Below are positions 28,877 to 37,330 of a DNA stretch of 64,000 nucleotides, one piece after another. Source of the stretch: Methanobacteriota archaeon (GTDB lineage: Archaea; Thermoplasmatota; Thermoplasmata; SG8-5; DAIRED01). Every line of letters starts with the position of its first letter. Position 1 is the first letter of the stretch. The notes below the pieces were generated by a model. That model worked only from the letters and a program-made list of their open reading frames with translations. It was not told the origin of the DNA and did no database searches. Position numbers and translations under genes: made by a program. Location: NCBI GenBank assembly GCA_043799545.1, contig JAZDNO010000006.1:32001-96000 (forward strand), given 5' to 3'.

Positions 28877-29803
28877 ATGTTCAATTTTCTCAAAGAGAAG
28901 CTCGGGCTGATAAAAAACGAGGCTTCTGCGGACAAAGATCTCATAGTCGAGCAGGGCGGCTTTTGGTCTATCAAGGAGTCGAAACTCGAGGATGTCCTGT
29001 GGGCGCTGGAAGTATCGCTGATGGAGGCCGACGTAGCCGTCGAGGTGATAGCCGAGATAAAGGACAGCCTCAAGAAGGAGCTGGTGGGAAAGAAGCTGGC
29101 ATGGGGGGCGAACATCGGGGAGGCGGTCGAGGGCGCGCTTCGCAAGAGCGTCACGTCGCTGCTGTCCCGGCAAAGCTTCGATTTCGATCAGTTCGTCGCC
29201 GGGCACGCCCGGCCAGTCGTGGTGATGTTCGTCGGGGTGAACGGGACGGGCAAAACGACGGCCATCGCGAAGGTGGCCAATCGGCTGAAATCTCAGAAGA
29301 TGGGATGCGTTTTGGCCGCCGGTGACACGTTCCGCGCCGGGGCGATAGAGCAGCTCTCGCTCCACGCCGACAAGCTAGGGGTCAAGGTAATCAAGCACTT
29401 GGCCGGCAGCGACCCGGCTGCGGTGGCCTACGACGCCATAGAGCACGCCCGCGCCAGGAACAAGGACATCGTTTTGATTGATACGGCGGGCAGGATGCAG
29501 ACGAACGCGAACCTGATGGACGAGCTGAAGAAGGTCAAGCGCGTGGCCGAGCCCCATCTCGTAATATTCGTAGGAGACTCTCTCGCGGGAAACGACGCCA
29601 TAGAGCAGGCGAAGGCGTTCGATGCGGCGGTGGGAATAAACGCGGTCATACTCACGAAAATCGACGCGGACTCCAAAGGCGGCGCCGCGCTGAGCATCGC
29701 GCACGCCATCAGGAAGCCCATCGCGTTCGTCTCCACGGGCCAGGAATACGACCAGTTCCAGAAGTTCGACGCGGAGTGGATGGCGAAGAGGATATTCGAG
29801 TGA
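28877..29803 (+). CDS. ftsY: SRP receptor FtsY
   Basis: GVNGTGKTT, DTFRAGA, DTAGR, TKIDAD.KGG. Confidence 0.96.
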   Translation: MFNFLKEKLGLIKNEASADKDLIVEQGGFWSIKESKLEDVLWALEVSLMEADVAVEVIAEIKDSLKKELVGKKLAWGANIGEAVEGALRKSVTSLLSRQSFDFDQFVAGHARPVVVMFVGVNGTGKTTAIAKVANRLKSQKMGCVLAAGDTFRAGAIEQLSLHADKLGVKVIKHLAGSDPAAVAYDAIEHARARNKDIVLIDTAGRMQTNANLMDELKKVKRVAEPHLVIFVGDSLAGNDAIEQAKAFDAAVGINAVILTKIDADSKGGAALSIAHAIRKPIAFVSTGQEYDQFQKFDAEWMAKRIFE

Positions 29804-29806
29804 TAC

Positions 29807-32113
29807 TTATTTCTTAGTGGCTTTTATCCTAGCGCAAACTGGACACCAGGTTCCATTATTTTTAATACTGCTTGGTCTTGCTTCCCAAGTATGTCCTTTA
29901 TTGCACATCCATTTTATCTTAGTATTATTGTTCAGATATTTGTCTGAAACACATCGCCCTCCTCGTTTTTGTGCAATTTCTTTCATTAACTCTATGTTTA
30001 ACCTTTGGGATGCTCCTTTCTTCGATTGTGCACATATAGGGCACCATTGCCCCCTTTGAATATGACCTGGTGTATTCTCCCATTCATGACCGAAACCACA
30101 GCGCCATTTTAACTTTGTTTTAGAATTAACATATCGTTTGGATAGACACATACCTCCGCAATTCTCTGCAATTCGTTGCATATGGTCTATTGTTTTGCCA
30201 CGGCCAACACAAAAAGGGCACCAGTGGCCTTGCCTAACTGTTGATGGTCGAGCTAAGAATATATGCCCTTCTTTACATCTCCATTTCAATTTAGTTGATG
30301 AATTAAAATATTTTGGTGATATGCATTTTCCACCTTTCAATATTGCTAATTTCTCCATATCTTCAATCGACGGCCGTTGTGCATCAATTACCTTTTTGCG
30401 ACTACAAATGTGACACCAATGGCCTTTTGCTATTGATGTAGGTACTGCCAACCATTCATGGCCTTCACTACATTTCCATTTCAATTTAGTTGAAGAATTG
30501 ATATATGCCTGAGATTGACAAATTCCATTCTTCACCGAAGCCAATTTATTCATATCTTCTATTGTTTTTCCATAGCCAACGCAATAGGGGCACCAATGAC
30601 CCATGAAAATGCTTGCCGGGGGGGCCTCCCAAATGTGCCCATCTTTGCATTTCCATTTTAATTTGACATTACTTTTAATATATTTTTCCGAGAGACAATC
30701 TCCTCCTTTATTTTTCGCATATTCTCTCATATCTTCTATTGTTTTATGGCGTCCGACACAATAAGGGCACCAGCTCCGTCGCTTCACGTGAATTGGCATG
30801 GCTGACCAAATATGGCCCTCTTTACATTTCCAATCTAATGCAGTATGGCTGTTTATATATACTTTTGAAAGGCAGGTCCCACCCCTTTCGCTCGCTATTT
30901 GTCTCATTTCATTTATCTTGTTTGGCTTATAAATATTGAAAGATTTGTAATTATAAATATCTAAATTGTTAATGGTAAATTTCAAGTCTCTATTTTTGCA
31001 CTGGTTGATGATAAATTCCGCCATTTTATCGAATTCAATATCGTATGGTACTTCTATTAAAGCGATGTTATGTTTCACACATAACTCTCTTTTTACTTGG
31101 TCCCTCATCTGCCTTTCTATTAACGATTCCTTCTGATCAAAAAACTTCTTAGTTTTATAATGTTGCACTCCAGAATATTCAAAAGCTATGCCTAGTTCTT
31201 TGCAGTAACCATCTAATTCCATTTTATTGCCCGTCTTTGGATTTATCAACCAGGATGGTTTTATCCTTGGAAACTCCTTTTTGAAAAGTCGTTGAAAGAT
31301 CTCTCGACATATTTTCTCGCTCACGCCAGTTTTACATACTGGACACCATTGTCCTTTTTTAATATTACTAACTATATTTACCCACGAGTGCCCCTCGCTA
31401 CATTGCCATTTTAAAGGAGTTCGATTACTGGAATATTTGCTGGATAGTAATAGTCCACCTCTTGCTTTGGCAAGGTCTTGAATATCCTTAATGCGTAATC
31501 TTTGTCTGTCGGTATTGCGTTCTATAGCGCAAGTAGGACACCATTGACCACGTTTTACACTATGTGGCGCCATATAAAACGTATGTCCTTTTTTACAACG
31601 CCATAATAACTTTAAAAAGGCATCACCACATTTTTTTGATAGGCAAGTACCACTCCGTTCGGCAGCAATTGTACGAAGATCTATTATATCGGTTCGGGCT
31701 TTGCCAGCACAACGTGGACACCAAGAACCTTGGTCCTTCACACTATTGACACTGGCACTCCACTCGTGCCCTTTTGAACACTTCCACTTATATCTATTTC
31801 CACTGCGTGTATAAACTAAAGATAAAAACTCTCCACCTCTGTCTTTAGCTAATTTCTGAATATCCTCAATTTTTAACCTACTTCGATTTGCATTGTTTAT
31901 GTTACGACATATAGGACACCAGTGACCTTGAACTAATGAGCTCGGAACAGCTGACCACTCATGACCACATTTGCATTGCCACTTCAATTTTGAATGCATA
32001 TCAATATATCTTTCAGATAAACATTTACCGTCATGATTGGCAGCGTAAGTTCTCATATCCTCAATCGTTTTTTTCTTATTCATAGGCAAAGAACCATATC
32101 TGGGACCAATCAC
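29807..32113 (-). CDS. Zinc-ribbon repeat protein (10 repeats, DUF4379-like) with a central PD-(D/E)XK-like endonuclease domain, on an AT-rich insertion
   Basis: Repeats of about 60-65 aa, W.C..GH.W......G.WCP.C, four before and six after a domain reading E..CR...ELDGY..ELGIAFEYSG.QHY; ATG at 32083 may be the true start. Confidence 0.8.
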   Translation of the reverse strand: MIGPRYGSLPMNKKKTIEDMRTYAANHDGKCLSERYIDMHSKLKWQCKCGHEWSAVPSSLVQGHWCPICRNINNANRSRLKIEDIQKLAKDRGGEFLSLVYTRSGNRYKWKCSKGHEWSASVNSVKDQGSWCPRCAGKARTDIIDLRTIAAERSGTCLSKKCGDAFLKLLWRCKKGHTFYMAPHSVKRGQWCPTCAIERNTDRQRLRIKDIQDLAKARGGLLLSSKYSSNRTPLKWQCSEGHSWVNIVSNIKKGQWCPVCKTGVSEKICREIFQRLFKKEFPRIKPSWLINPKTGNKMELDGYCKELGIAFEYSGVQHYKTKKFFDQKESLIERQMRDQVKRELCVKHNIALIEVPYDIEFDKMAEFIINQCKNRDLKFTINNLDIYNYKSFNIYKPNKINEMRQIASERGGTCLSKVYINSHTALDWKCKEGHIWSAMPIHVKRRSWCPYCVGRHKTIEDMREYAKNKGGDCLSEKYIKSNVKLKWKCKDGHIWEAPPASIFMGHWCPYCVGYGKTIEDMNKLASVKNGICQSQAYINSSTKLKWKCSEGHEWLAVPTSIAKGHWCHICSRKKVIDAQRPSIEDMEKLAILKGGKCISPKYFNSSTKLKWRCKEGHIFLARPSTVRQGHWCPFCVGRGKTIDHMQRIAENCGGMCLSKRYVNSKTKLKWRCGFGHEWENTPGHIQRGQWCPICAQSKKGASQRLNIELMKEIAQKRGGRCVSDKYLNNNTKIKWMCNKGHTWEARPSSIKNNGTWCPVCARIKATKK

Positions 32114-32137
32114 AAATAATTTACCCGACGTGGGGGA

Positions 32138-32986
32138 CTAATCGTCGAACCCTTCCCCGTACACCTTTCTCGGCAGCCCGTCGTGTATCCATCGCACACC
32201 CTCCTCGTCCAGCAGCCCCTTCTCCAGAAGCATCTTCGTTCTGCGAGGAACCGTCGCCGGGCCAAGGACCGCCCCCGGCCTGCGCGGGTCGTCCATGTAG
32301 TCCGTCTCCAGCAGGAAATCGCGCCCTTGCTTCGCCGCTTCCTGGGCGTTCCTATCGCTCGCAAGCACCGAGGGCGTTAAACCGAAGTTCTGTTCACGCG
32401 TGATGTGGGGTGGCGCGAAGTGCTTGACGACCCGCTCCCTGGCAAGTCCCGCTTTATCGGCCATCAAGGCCAGCTCCTCCCAGACCTTCGCTGTCGCGCT
32501 CTCGCAATGGATTACCACGGCGCAACCCTCTCCCTTTGCCACGCTCATTGCGTATGCCATGACGTCGTTCGACGCGTCCATCACGGGCTGTTCGACAGGA
32601 AAGTGGGGGCGCCCGACCTCGCCGATGGCCAGCGCCTTTCCCTCCGCGATGTACTCTGCCGCGAGGTCCATCCCCTCCATCATCAGGGCCTTCGCCTCAG
32701 CGAGGGGCACCTTCTCCATCATCTCCATCATCTCGACCGGGTAAGGCCCGAGGGTGCAATGGCAGCGCATGCCCGTTTCCGCCCGCACCTTGCGCGCCAT
32801 CTCCACGGTTCTGTCGTACCCCTCTCTGAAATCGAAGTTGCGGACGATTGGAATGTCGTGGTAAGGCATGTGAGAGAGGATGATGCGCGTGCCGCCGGCG
32901 CGCTTGAACTCCTCGACAGCCGCCACGTGGCGCCCGGATGGCTGGAGATGCATGTGGTTGTCGAGTATCGGAACCGCATCGCTCAT
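32138..32986 (-). CDS. TatD family hydrolase (archaeal type)
   Basis: DNHMH, IGEVGRPHF, VIHCE, VKHF, LETDYMDD..RPGAV. Confidence 0.85.
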   Translation of the reverse strand: MSDAVPILDNHMHLQPSGRHVAAVEEFKRAGGTRIILSHMPYHDIPIVRNFDFREGYDRTVEMARKVRAETGMRCHCTLGPYPVEMMEMMEKVPLAEAKALMMEGMDLAAEYIAEGKALAIGEVGRPHFPVEQPVMDASNDVMAYAMSVAKGEGCAVVIHCESATAKVWEELALMADKAGLARERVVKHFAPPHITREQNFGLTPSVLASDRNAQEAAKQGRDFLLETDYMDDPRRPGAVLGPATVPRRTKMLLEKGLLDEEGVRWIHDGLPRKVYGEGFDD

Positions 32987-33501
32987 TCCAATTCCAGCCC
33001 CAGCGTGTCCAGGATCTGCACCAGGACCTTGTTAATAGCCTCCTCGTCGTTCGCGCCCGTGACCGCAATCCGTCCAGAGGGGAAGATTGCCGCCTTGGCG
33101 CCGTCAAAAGGTATTTCGAGGCGCGGCTCCTGCATGGACGGGTCTGGAGGGCCGATGCCGAACGACTCTGCCGCCGCCGCCAAATCGATAGATGACGCAA
33201 TCTTCGCTTCGCAGACGACGTTCTCGACCTGCGAGGATTCGACAATGACGTCGTCAGATATGAGGAACGCCGTCGCCTCCCCAACGCCGATGAGCGTGTG
33301 AGGGAGTTGCGGACCCGTAATGAGAAGCTCGCCGTGCGGAAATGCCAGCACCGTGCACTGCGGCTCCGCCCGCTTCTGAACTCCCGCGCCGAGCGCTTCG
33401 TCAGACACCATTCCGGGAATCCGGGCTGACGCATCGGCGAGGTTGAACGGCCTGGAAAGCTTGCAGACGACCACCGCGGAAACGACAATTACATCGGGCA
33501 T
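32983..33501 (-). CDS. Divergent TATA-binding-protein-fold protein
   Basis: Two TBP repeats: ...FNL...TVLAFPHGELLITG and VENVVC...IDL...AAIFPSGRIAVTGA; ATG at 33501 with GAGGA RBS; ATGA overlap with tatD. Confidence 0.7.
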   Translation of the reverse strand: MPDVIVVSAVVVCKLSRPFNLADASARIPGMVSDEALGAGVQKRAEPQCTVLAFPHGELLITGPQLPHTLIGVGEATAFLISDDVIVESSQVENVVCEAKIASSIDLAAAAESFGIGPPDPSMQEPRLEIPFDGAKAAIFPSGRIAVTGANDEEAINKVLVQILDTLGLELE

Positions 33502-33551
33502 GCAATCCTCTTCCGGTGAGTGCCGTGGTTCTCTAATAATACTTTCGCGGC

Positions 33552-34025
33552 TCACTCGATGTTGTTCGCAGAGACTGCGAGCGCAGCCCCTATGGCACCG
33601 AGCGGAAGGATGGCCAGGGCGGCGACAAATCCGGCGGTCCATGCCAGACCGGTGTGCCTGCCAGTGCTCTCCACGGCATCGATTGTGTACGGGATGGCGA
33701 ACAGGACGGCTGTTGAGATGGAGGCAGACAATCCGACGGCCCACGAAGTGACGATGGCCCTCTTCATATTCTCGAATGCCAGGCCGATGCCGGCTCCTGC
33801 GACGACCGGGGCTCCCATGATGATGACCAGCCCCCACCAGGAATCGAAGGTGCTCCAGTCCAGCTCCAGCGCCGAATAGAGGAAGAATGCCGTCGTTTCG
33901 AGGGCGAAAGCCAGAGGGACCGCCAAGCCGAGCCACAGCTTAGGGAGGACGAGCGTTTGCTCAGTCGTGCCCTTTCCCTGCGAACTCCAATGGGCAAGGG
34001 TTCCAGCCTCTTCATCCTCCGCCAT
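33552..34025 (-). CDS. Four-TM hypothetical membrane protein
   Basis: Hydrophobic helices; ATG overlaps the upstream TGA (TGATG). Confidence 0.65.
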   Translation of the reverse strand: MAEDEEAGTLAHWSSQGKGTTEQTLVLPKLWLGLAVPLAFALETTAFFLYSALELDWSTFDSWWGLVIIMGAPVVAGAGIGLAFENMKRAIVTSWAVGLSASISTAVLFAIPYTIDAVESTGRHTGLAWTAGFVAALAILPLGAIGAALAVSANNIE

Positions 34026-34510
34026 CACGATGCCTCCAGCGGAACGCTCTGGGATCCCGCGAGCGCCGAGCCGCTGCCCCTGTCTGGTACGTTGACCCAA
34101 ATCCAGTAATCGACGACGATTCCCTCGTCGTTTGCCAGCGCGGCAAATTGCTCGGCGGTTACGGGGACGGACGAAGTGTCGATGTCCGAAACACCCCGCA
34201 TGAATGTTTTATCGACCGAGCCCGTGAGGCTCAAAGCCACTCCATTCGCGCTCAAGTTGAACCAATACTCCCCCGGTTTGGTCGAGAGCCGGTCTGGTGA
34301 TGTATACCTGAACGTCAAGACCAGGATGTGCACTCCGTTTGTCGTATGCAAGCTGGCGTTTTCAATCTCCAGCCCGGCGCCGAACCCTTTTTTGCACACG
34401 TCGATGTACTGGATTACGCTGTACGGGAGGACGGCGCACGCGGTGACGGAAGCGGCGACGAACATGACGACGAAGACGGAGTGGCGCGATTTCACAATCT
34501 CGGATGGCAA
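34025..34510 (-). CDS. Hypothetical protein with N-terminal membrane anchor and beta-rich (LEA/Ig-like) domain
   Basis: N-terminal hydrophobic helix followed by alternating beta pattern. Confidence 0.55.
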   Translation of the reverse strand: MPSEIVKSRHSVFVVMFVAASVTACAVLPYSVIQYIDVCKKGFGAGLEIENASLHTTNGVHILVLTFRYTSPDRLSTKPGEYWFNLSANGVALSLTGSVDKTFMRGVSDIDTSSVPVTAEQFAALANDEGIVVDYWIWVNVPDRGSGSALAGSQSVPLEAS

Positions 34511-34582
34511 AGGGGGGAATTAAGCTTGCCGGAAAAGGCGCAATTCATTTATATGCAGTGAAGGATGATTTGCTTGAACCCC

Positions 34583-34723
34583 ATGAGCACCAGGAGAAAA
34601 ATTGGAGACGGCGCCCTCAAGGGAGCTCCGCCCAAGGCCAGCAAACACAGTCTCCCCGCCATCATGGCGGTGGCTGTGGCTATGGGCGTTTACCTCATTC
34701 TATACAAATTAAAAATCGTGTGA
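34583..34723 (+). CDS. Small 46-aa single-TM protein (below the ORF-track cutoff)
   Basis: MSTRRKIGDGALKGAPPKASKHSLPAIMAVAVAMGVYLILYKLKIV; TTTATATG TATA box at 34548-34555, 28 nt upstream. Confidence 0.55.
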   Translation: MSTRRKIGDGALKGAPPKASKHSLPAIMAVAVAMGVYLILYKLKIV

Positions 34724-34802
34724 GAAGGAAATTTAGTGAAAGGTTTTGCGAGCGGTTATCGGTCGAGAAAGATGGCTCAGTCCGATTTTCTATGCATCAA
34801 GA

Positions 34803-34957
34803 GCTTTCTTTGGGAGGACTATAACAATCCGTGTATCGGTTGAGCCGAGCTGGGAGAGCCCGAATTTCTTTGCTCCAAATGCTTTCTTTGGGAGGGCTCT
34901 TCCAGAGAGGCGAAACTAAAGAAAGCGTTTCAGCGCAGCGAGACTCAAAGAAAGGGC
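34803..34957. repeat. Direct and inverted repeat cluster between convergent genes
   Basis: GCTTTCTTTGGGAGG exactly repeated at 34803 and 34881; inverted copies CTAAAGAAAGC (34916) and CTCAAAGAAAG (34944). Confidence 0.6.
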
Positions 34958-34958
34958 T

Positions 34959-35702
34959 TTATTTCATCGTCTTGACCCATTCGTATATCGGCGCCACGAG
35001 CTTCTTTATGCGCTCCTTCTCCGGGGTCATCGGACCGGGTTTCCAGCCCTTCGCAGGCTCGAAGTGGAAGTCCGTGACAGCGCCCACGCGCTCCCTCTCC
35101 GGCACGAAGACCACCTGAAGCGGCATGCCGAATTCGACCTCCCATGGTTTGATGCCGGTGAGGTAGTTGGCGATGGCCACAGTGCTGCCCTCTATCTTCG
35201 CGTAGACGAGCACGAAAGGCAGCTTCTTCAGCGACGAGCGCCCGCTCCACCCCGCGACCGTCCATGTGTGAACCTTCGCCTTCAGGGGGAACTCGACCCA
35301 TTTCGTCTCCTGGAGGTTGCAATCGAGGTTCCAGCAGTTCGTCCTCGGGGGCACCCAGGCCGCGCCGCACTTCGGGCACTTCGTGCCGACGAGCTTTCCC
35401 TTCAATAAATTCCTGAAGAACCGACTGTTCTGGCCGTGGCGGATGGTGTAGAGCTGGTCGTAGTGCAGGAACTGGTTGAAATCCACGTCGTTATCGGCAA
35501 TCTCGTATCCGACGAAGTTCAGCCCCGGTTCCGTGACGCCCTCTGGTCTGAACCATGTCTGCTTGTGGAACCCCGGCCCCTTCTTGTACGCCTTGTCCCG
35601 CGGGTCCTTCACAACAACGGTCTTCTTCGCGACAACAGAGCCAACATTCTTGGATGGTTTCACCGTCTTCTTCTGAACCTTCTTCACGCTCTTTTTAGCC
35701 AT
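34959..35702 (-). CDS. DUF35 Zn-ribbon/OB-fold acyl-CoA-binding protein, partner of the thiolase-fold protein
   Basis: GTKCPKCG..WVPPRTNC, HTWTVA, PFVLVYAK; start MAKKSV with GGAGG RBS. Confidence 0.85.
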   Translation of the reverse strand: MAKKSVKKVQKKTVKPSKNVGSVVAKKTVVVKDPRDKAYKKGPGFHKQTWFRPEGVTEPGLNFVGYEIADNDVDFNQFLHYDQLYTIRHGQNSRFFRNLLKGKLVGTKCPKCGAAWVPPRTNCWNLDCNLQETKWVEFPLKAKVHTWTVAGWSGRSSLKKLPFVLVYAKIEGSTVAIANYLTGIKPWEVEFGMPLQVVFVPERERVGAVTDFHFEPAKGWKPGPMTPEKERIKKLVAPIYEWVKTMK

Positions 35703-35703
35703 T

Positions 35704-36954
35704 TCAAGGCCTCCTGATGATAAAGTTGGAGATGCTCGTTCCCGTGCCCGCATGACTGTTGACGATGCCGCATTCCGCGTTGTCGACTGTCGTCTTCTTG
35801 CTCACGTGCTTCTTGGTCGCCAGGCCGCCGAGCTGGTAATGAGCCTCGATTGCGCTCATAATGCCCGTCGCCCCAACTGGGTGCCCATAACCTATCAGCC
35901 CGCCGCCTGGGTTCATCGGGATGCTGCCGTCCATCGTAGTCTCTCCGTCGCGGAGGAACTTTGCGATATTGTCCTTGGTCGCCAAACCGAGCGCCTTGTA
36001 AATCTGCGCCTCCGACGTGGTGAACGCGTCGTGAATCTCCCCGAAGTCCAGCTCCTTCTTCGGGTTCGTGATGCCGGCCATTTTGTAAGCGTCTTCGGCC
36101 GACTTGCGGCAGGCTCCGAACTCGGTCATGTCCGGGTAACCCTTTCCGTAGAGCTTCTCCCAGGATGGATAGCCGCAGCGGTCCCCCGCGCGTATGGTGC
36201 AACTGGAGAGGCCCATGCCATCGATGACCGTGTAGTTGTCCGGAGCGTGCTGCTTCGCATACTCCTCGGTTGTCACCAGCATGAACGCAGTCCCGCGGGT
36301 CATCATGCAACAGTCGTATTTCTTAATGGGATAGGCGATAAGGCCAGAGTTCATCACGTCGTCGACGGTGATGTATCGGTGGTCGTTGCGGTACCACTGG
36401 GCTTTGGGGTTGTCCATGGCGTTGTTCTTGTTCTTCACTGCGATTGTCGCCACGTCCTCTTCCTTGAGCTTGTTCTCCTTCATCCACTTGTTCGCCATCG
36501 CGGCATAGTATATCGGGTAGATGCCGCCGACCATCAGCTCGTATCTCACGTCCGATGCGAGGGCGATGAACTCGGAGCCCTGCGACTGGCGAACCGAGTC
36601 CATGGTCTCCCAACCGACGATACCGACGACGTCGTGGTGGCCGGACATGATCGCAAGCGCCGCCCCATAAAGGGCGGATCCGCCTGTGTTCCCGCCGTTC
36701 TCAATCCTGATGTGCGGGAGGCCGCAGAGGCCCAGGTGGTCATGGATGATCCATTCCGAGCAAAGCTGGTGGCCGAAGTGCACCGAGAAGTGCGAGTATA
36801 TCATGAAGTCCAGGTCTTTCAGGTGGAAATCGGGGACGTCCTTCTGCGTCTCCCTAATGCAATCGGCCGCACCCTTCTCAACGTTCTCGAAGCCAGTTGG
36901 ACCGTAGTCGAACGGCGTCGTCGCTCCCCCAACTATGCAGACTTTCCTTGCCAT
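35704..36954 (-). CDS. Thiolase-fold (SCP-x type) protein lacking the nucleophilic Cys
   Basis: ENGGNTGG where E(N/A)ACASGG is expected; EIHDAFT; NPGGGL..GHPVGATG; start MARKVCIVGG. Confidence 0.85.
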   Translation of the reverse strand: MARKVCIVGGATTPFDYGPTGFENVEKGAADCIRETQKDVPDFHLKDLDFMIYSHFSVHFGHQLCSEWIIHDHLGLCGLPHIRIENGGNTGGSALYGAALAIMSGHHDVVGIVGWETMDSVRQSQGSEFIALASDVRYELMVGGIYPIYYAAMANKWMKENKLKEEDVATIAVKNKNNAMDNPKAQWYRNDHRYITVDDVMNSGLIAYPIKKYDCCMMTRGTAFMLVTTEEYAKQHAPDNYTVIDGMGLSSCTIRAGDRCGYPSWEKLYGKGYPDMTEFGACRKSAEDAYKMAGITNPKKELDFGEIHDAFTTSEAQIYKALGLATKDNIAKFLRDGETTMDGSIPMNPGGGLIGYGHPVGATGIMSAIEAHYQLGGLATKKHVSKKTTVDNAECGIVNSHAGTGTSISNFIIRRP

Positions 36955-37123
36955 GCGAAATCCTCCGAAAAGGCGCGGCACGCTGGCCGCGACCCCCCTA
37001 ATGAATCCAGAAAGAGGGCGTTCGATAAAATAGTTTCGGTATGGGGATGCGAGACTAGCCCGAATGGAAGTGCCAGTTGCCCAAAATAATATAAACGCTT
37101 CAAACGTTTGCGGTTCCGATACC

Positions 37124-37330
37124 ATGGAATGCAAATCCCAGTCGAACAAGAAGGATTGCAACTGCACTTACGAGCCATGCCATCGGAAAGGTGTGTGCTG
37201 TGATTGCCTAGCGTTTCACCTAAGGTCTCGCGAATTGCCAGCATGCTGCTTCCCCGCCGAGGTCGAGCGCACCTACGACCGGAGCTTCGGGCGCTTCGCG
37301 GAGTGCGTTAAAAACGGTCAATTGCCGTAA
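37124..37330 (+). CDS. Small Cys-rich protein (DUF6485-like)
   Basis: CNCTYEPCHRKGVCCDC..H....ELPACCFP...E.TYDRS. Confidence 0.75.
   Translation: MECKSQSNKKDCNCTYEPCHRKGVCCDCLAFHLRSRELPACCFPAEVERTYDRSFGRFAECVKNGQLP

Noticed and set aside
29807-32113. Periodic sequence that could be a CRISPR array or DNA tandem repeat
   Set aside because: The periodicity is at protein level (about 180-200 nt, degenerate DNA) within one ORF; there are no identical repeats with spacers
16043-32137. Transposon or prophage origin of the AT-rich islands
   Set aside because: No transposase, integrase, terminal inverted repeats, target-site duplications or tRNA attachment site were visible at any boundary
34831-35118. 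95-aa ORF over the repeat cluster
   Set aside because: Overlaps the DUF35 gene antisense, has no protein-like features, and starts at GTG inside the repeats
35752-37089. Long antisense ORFs (also 12084-13214, 46045-47406, 20306-21007, 61077-61973 and others)
   Set aside because: Shadow ORFs opposite well-supported genes, expected in GC-rich DNA; no recognisable motifs
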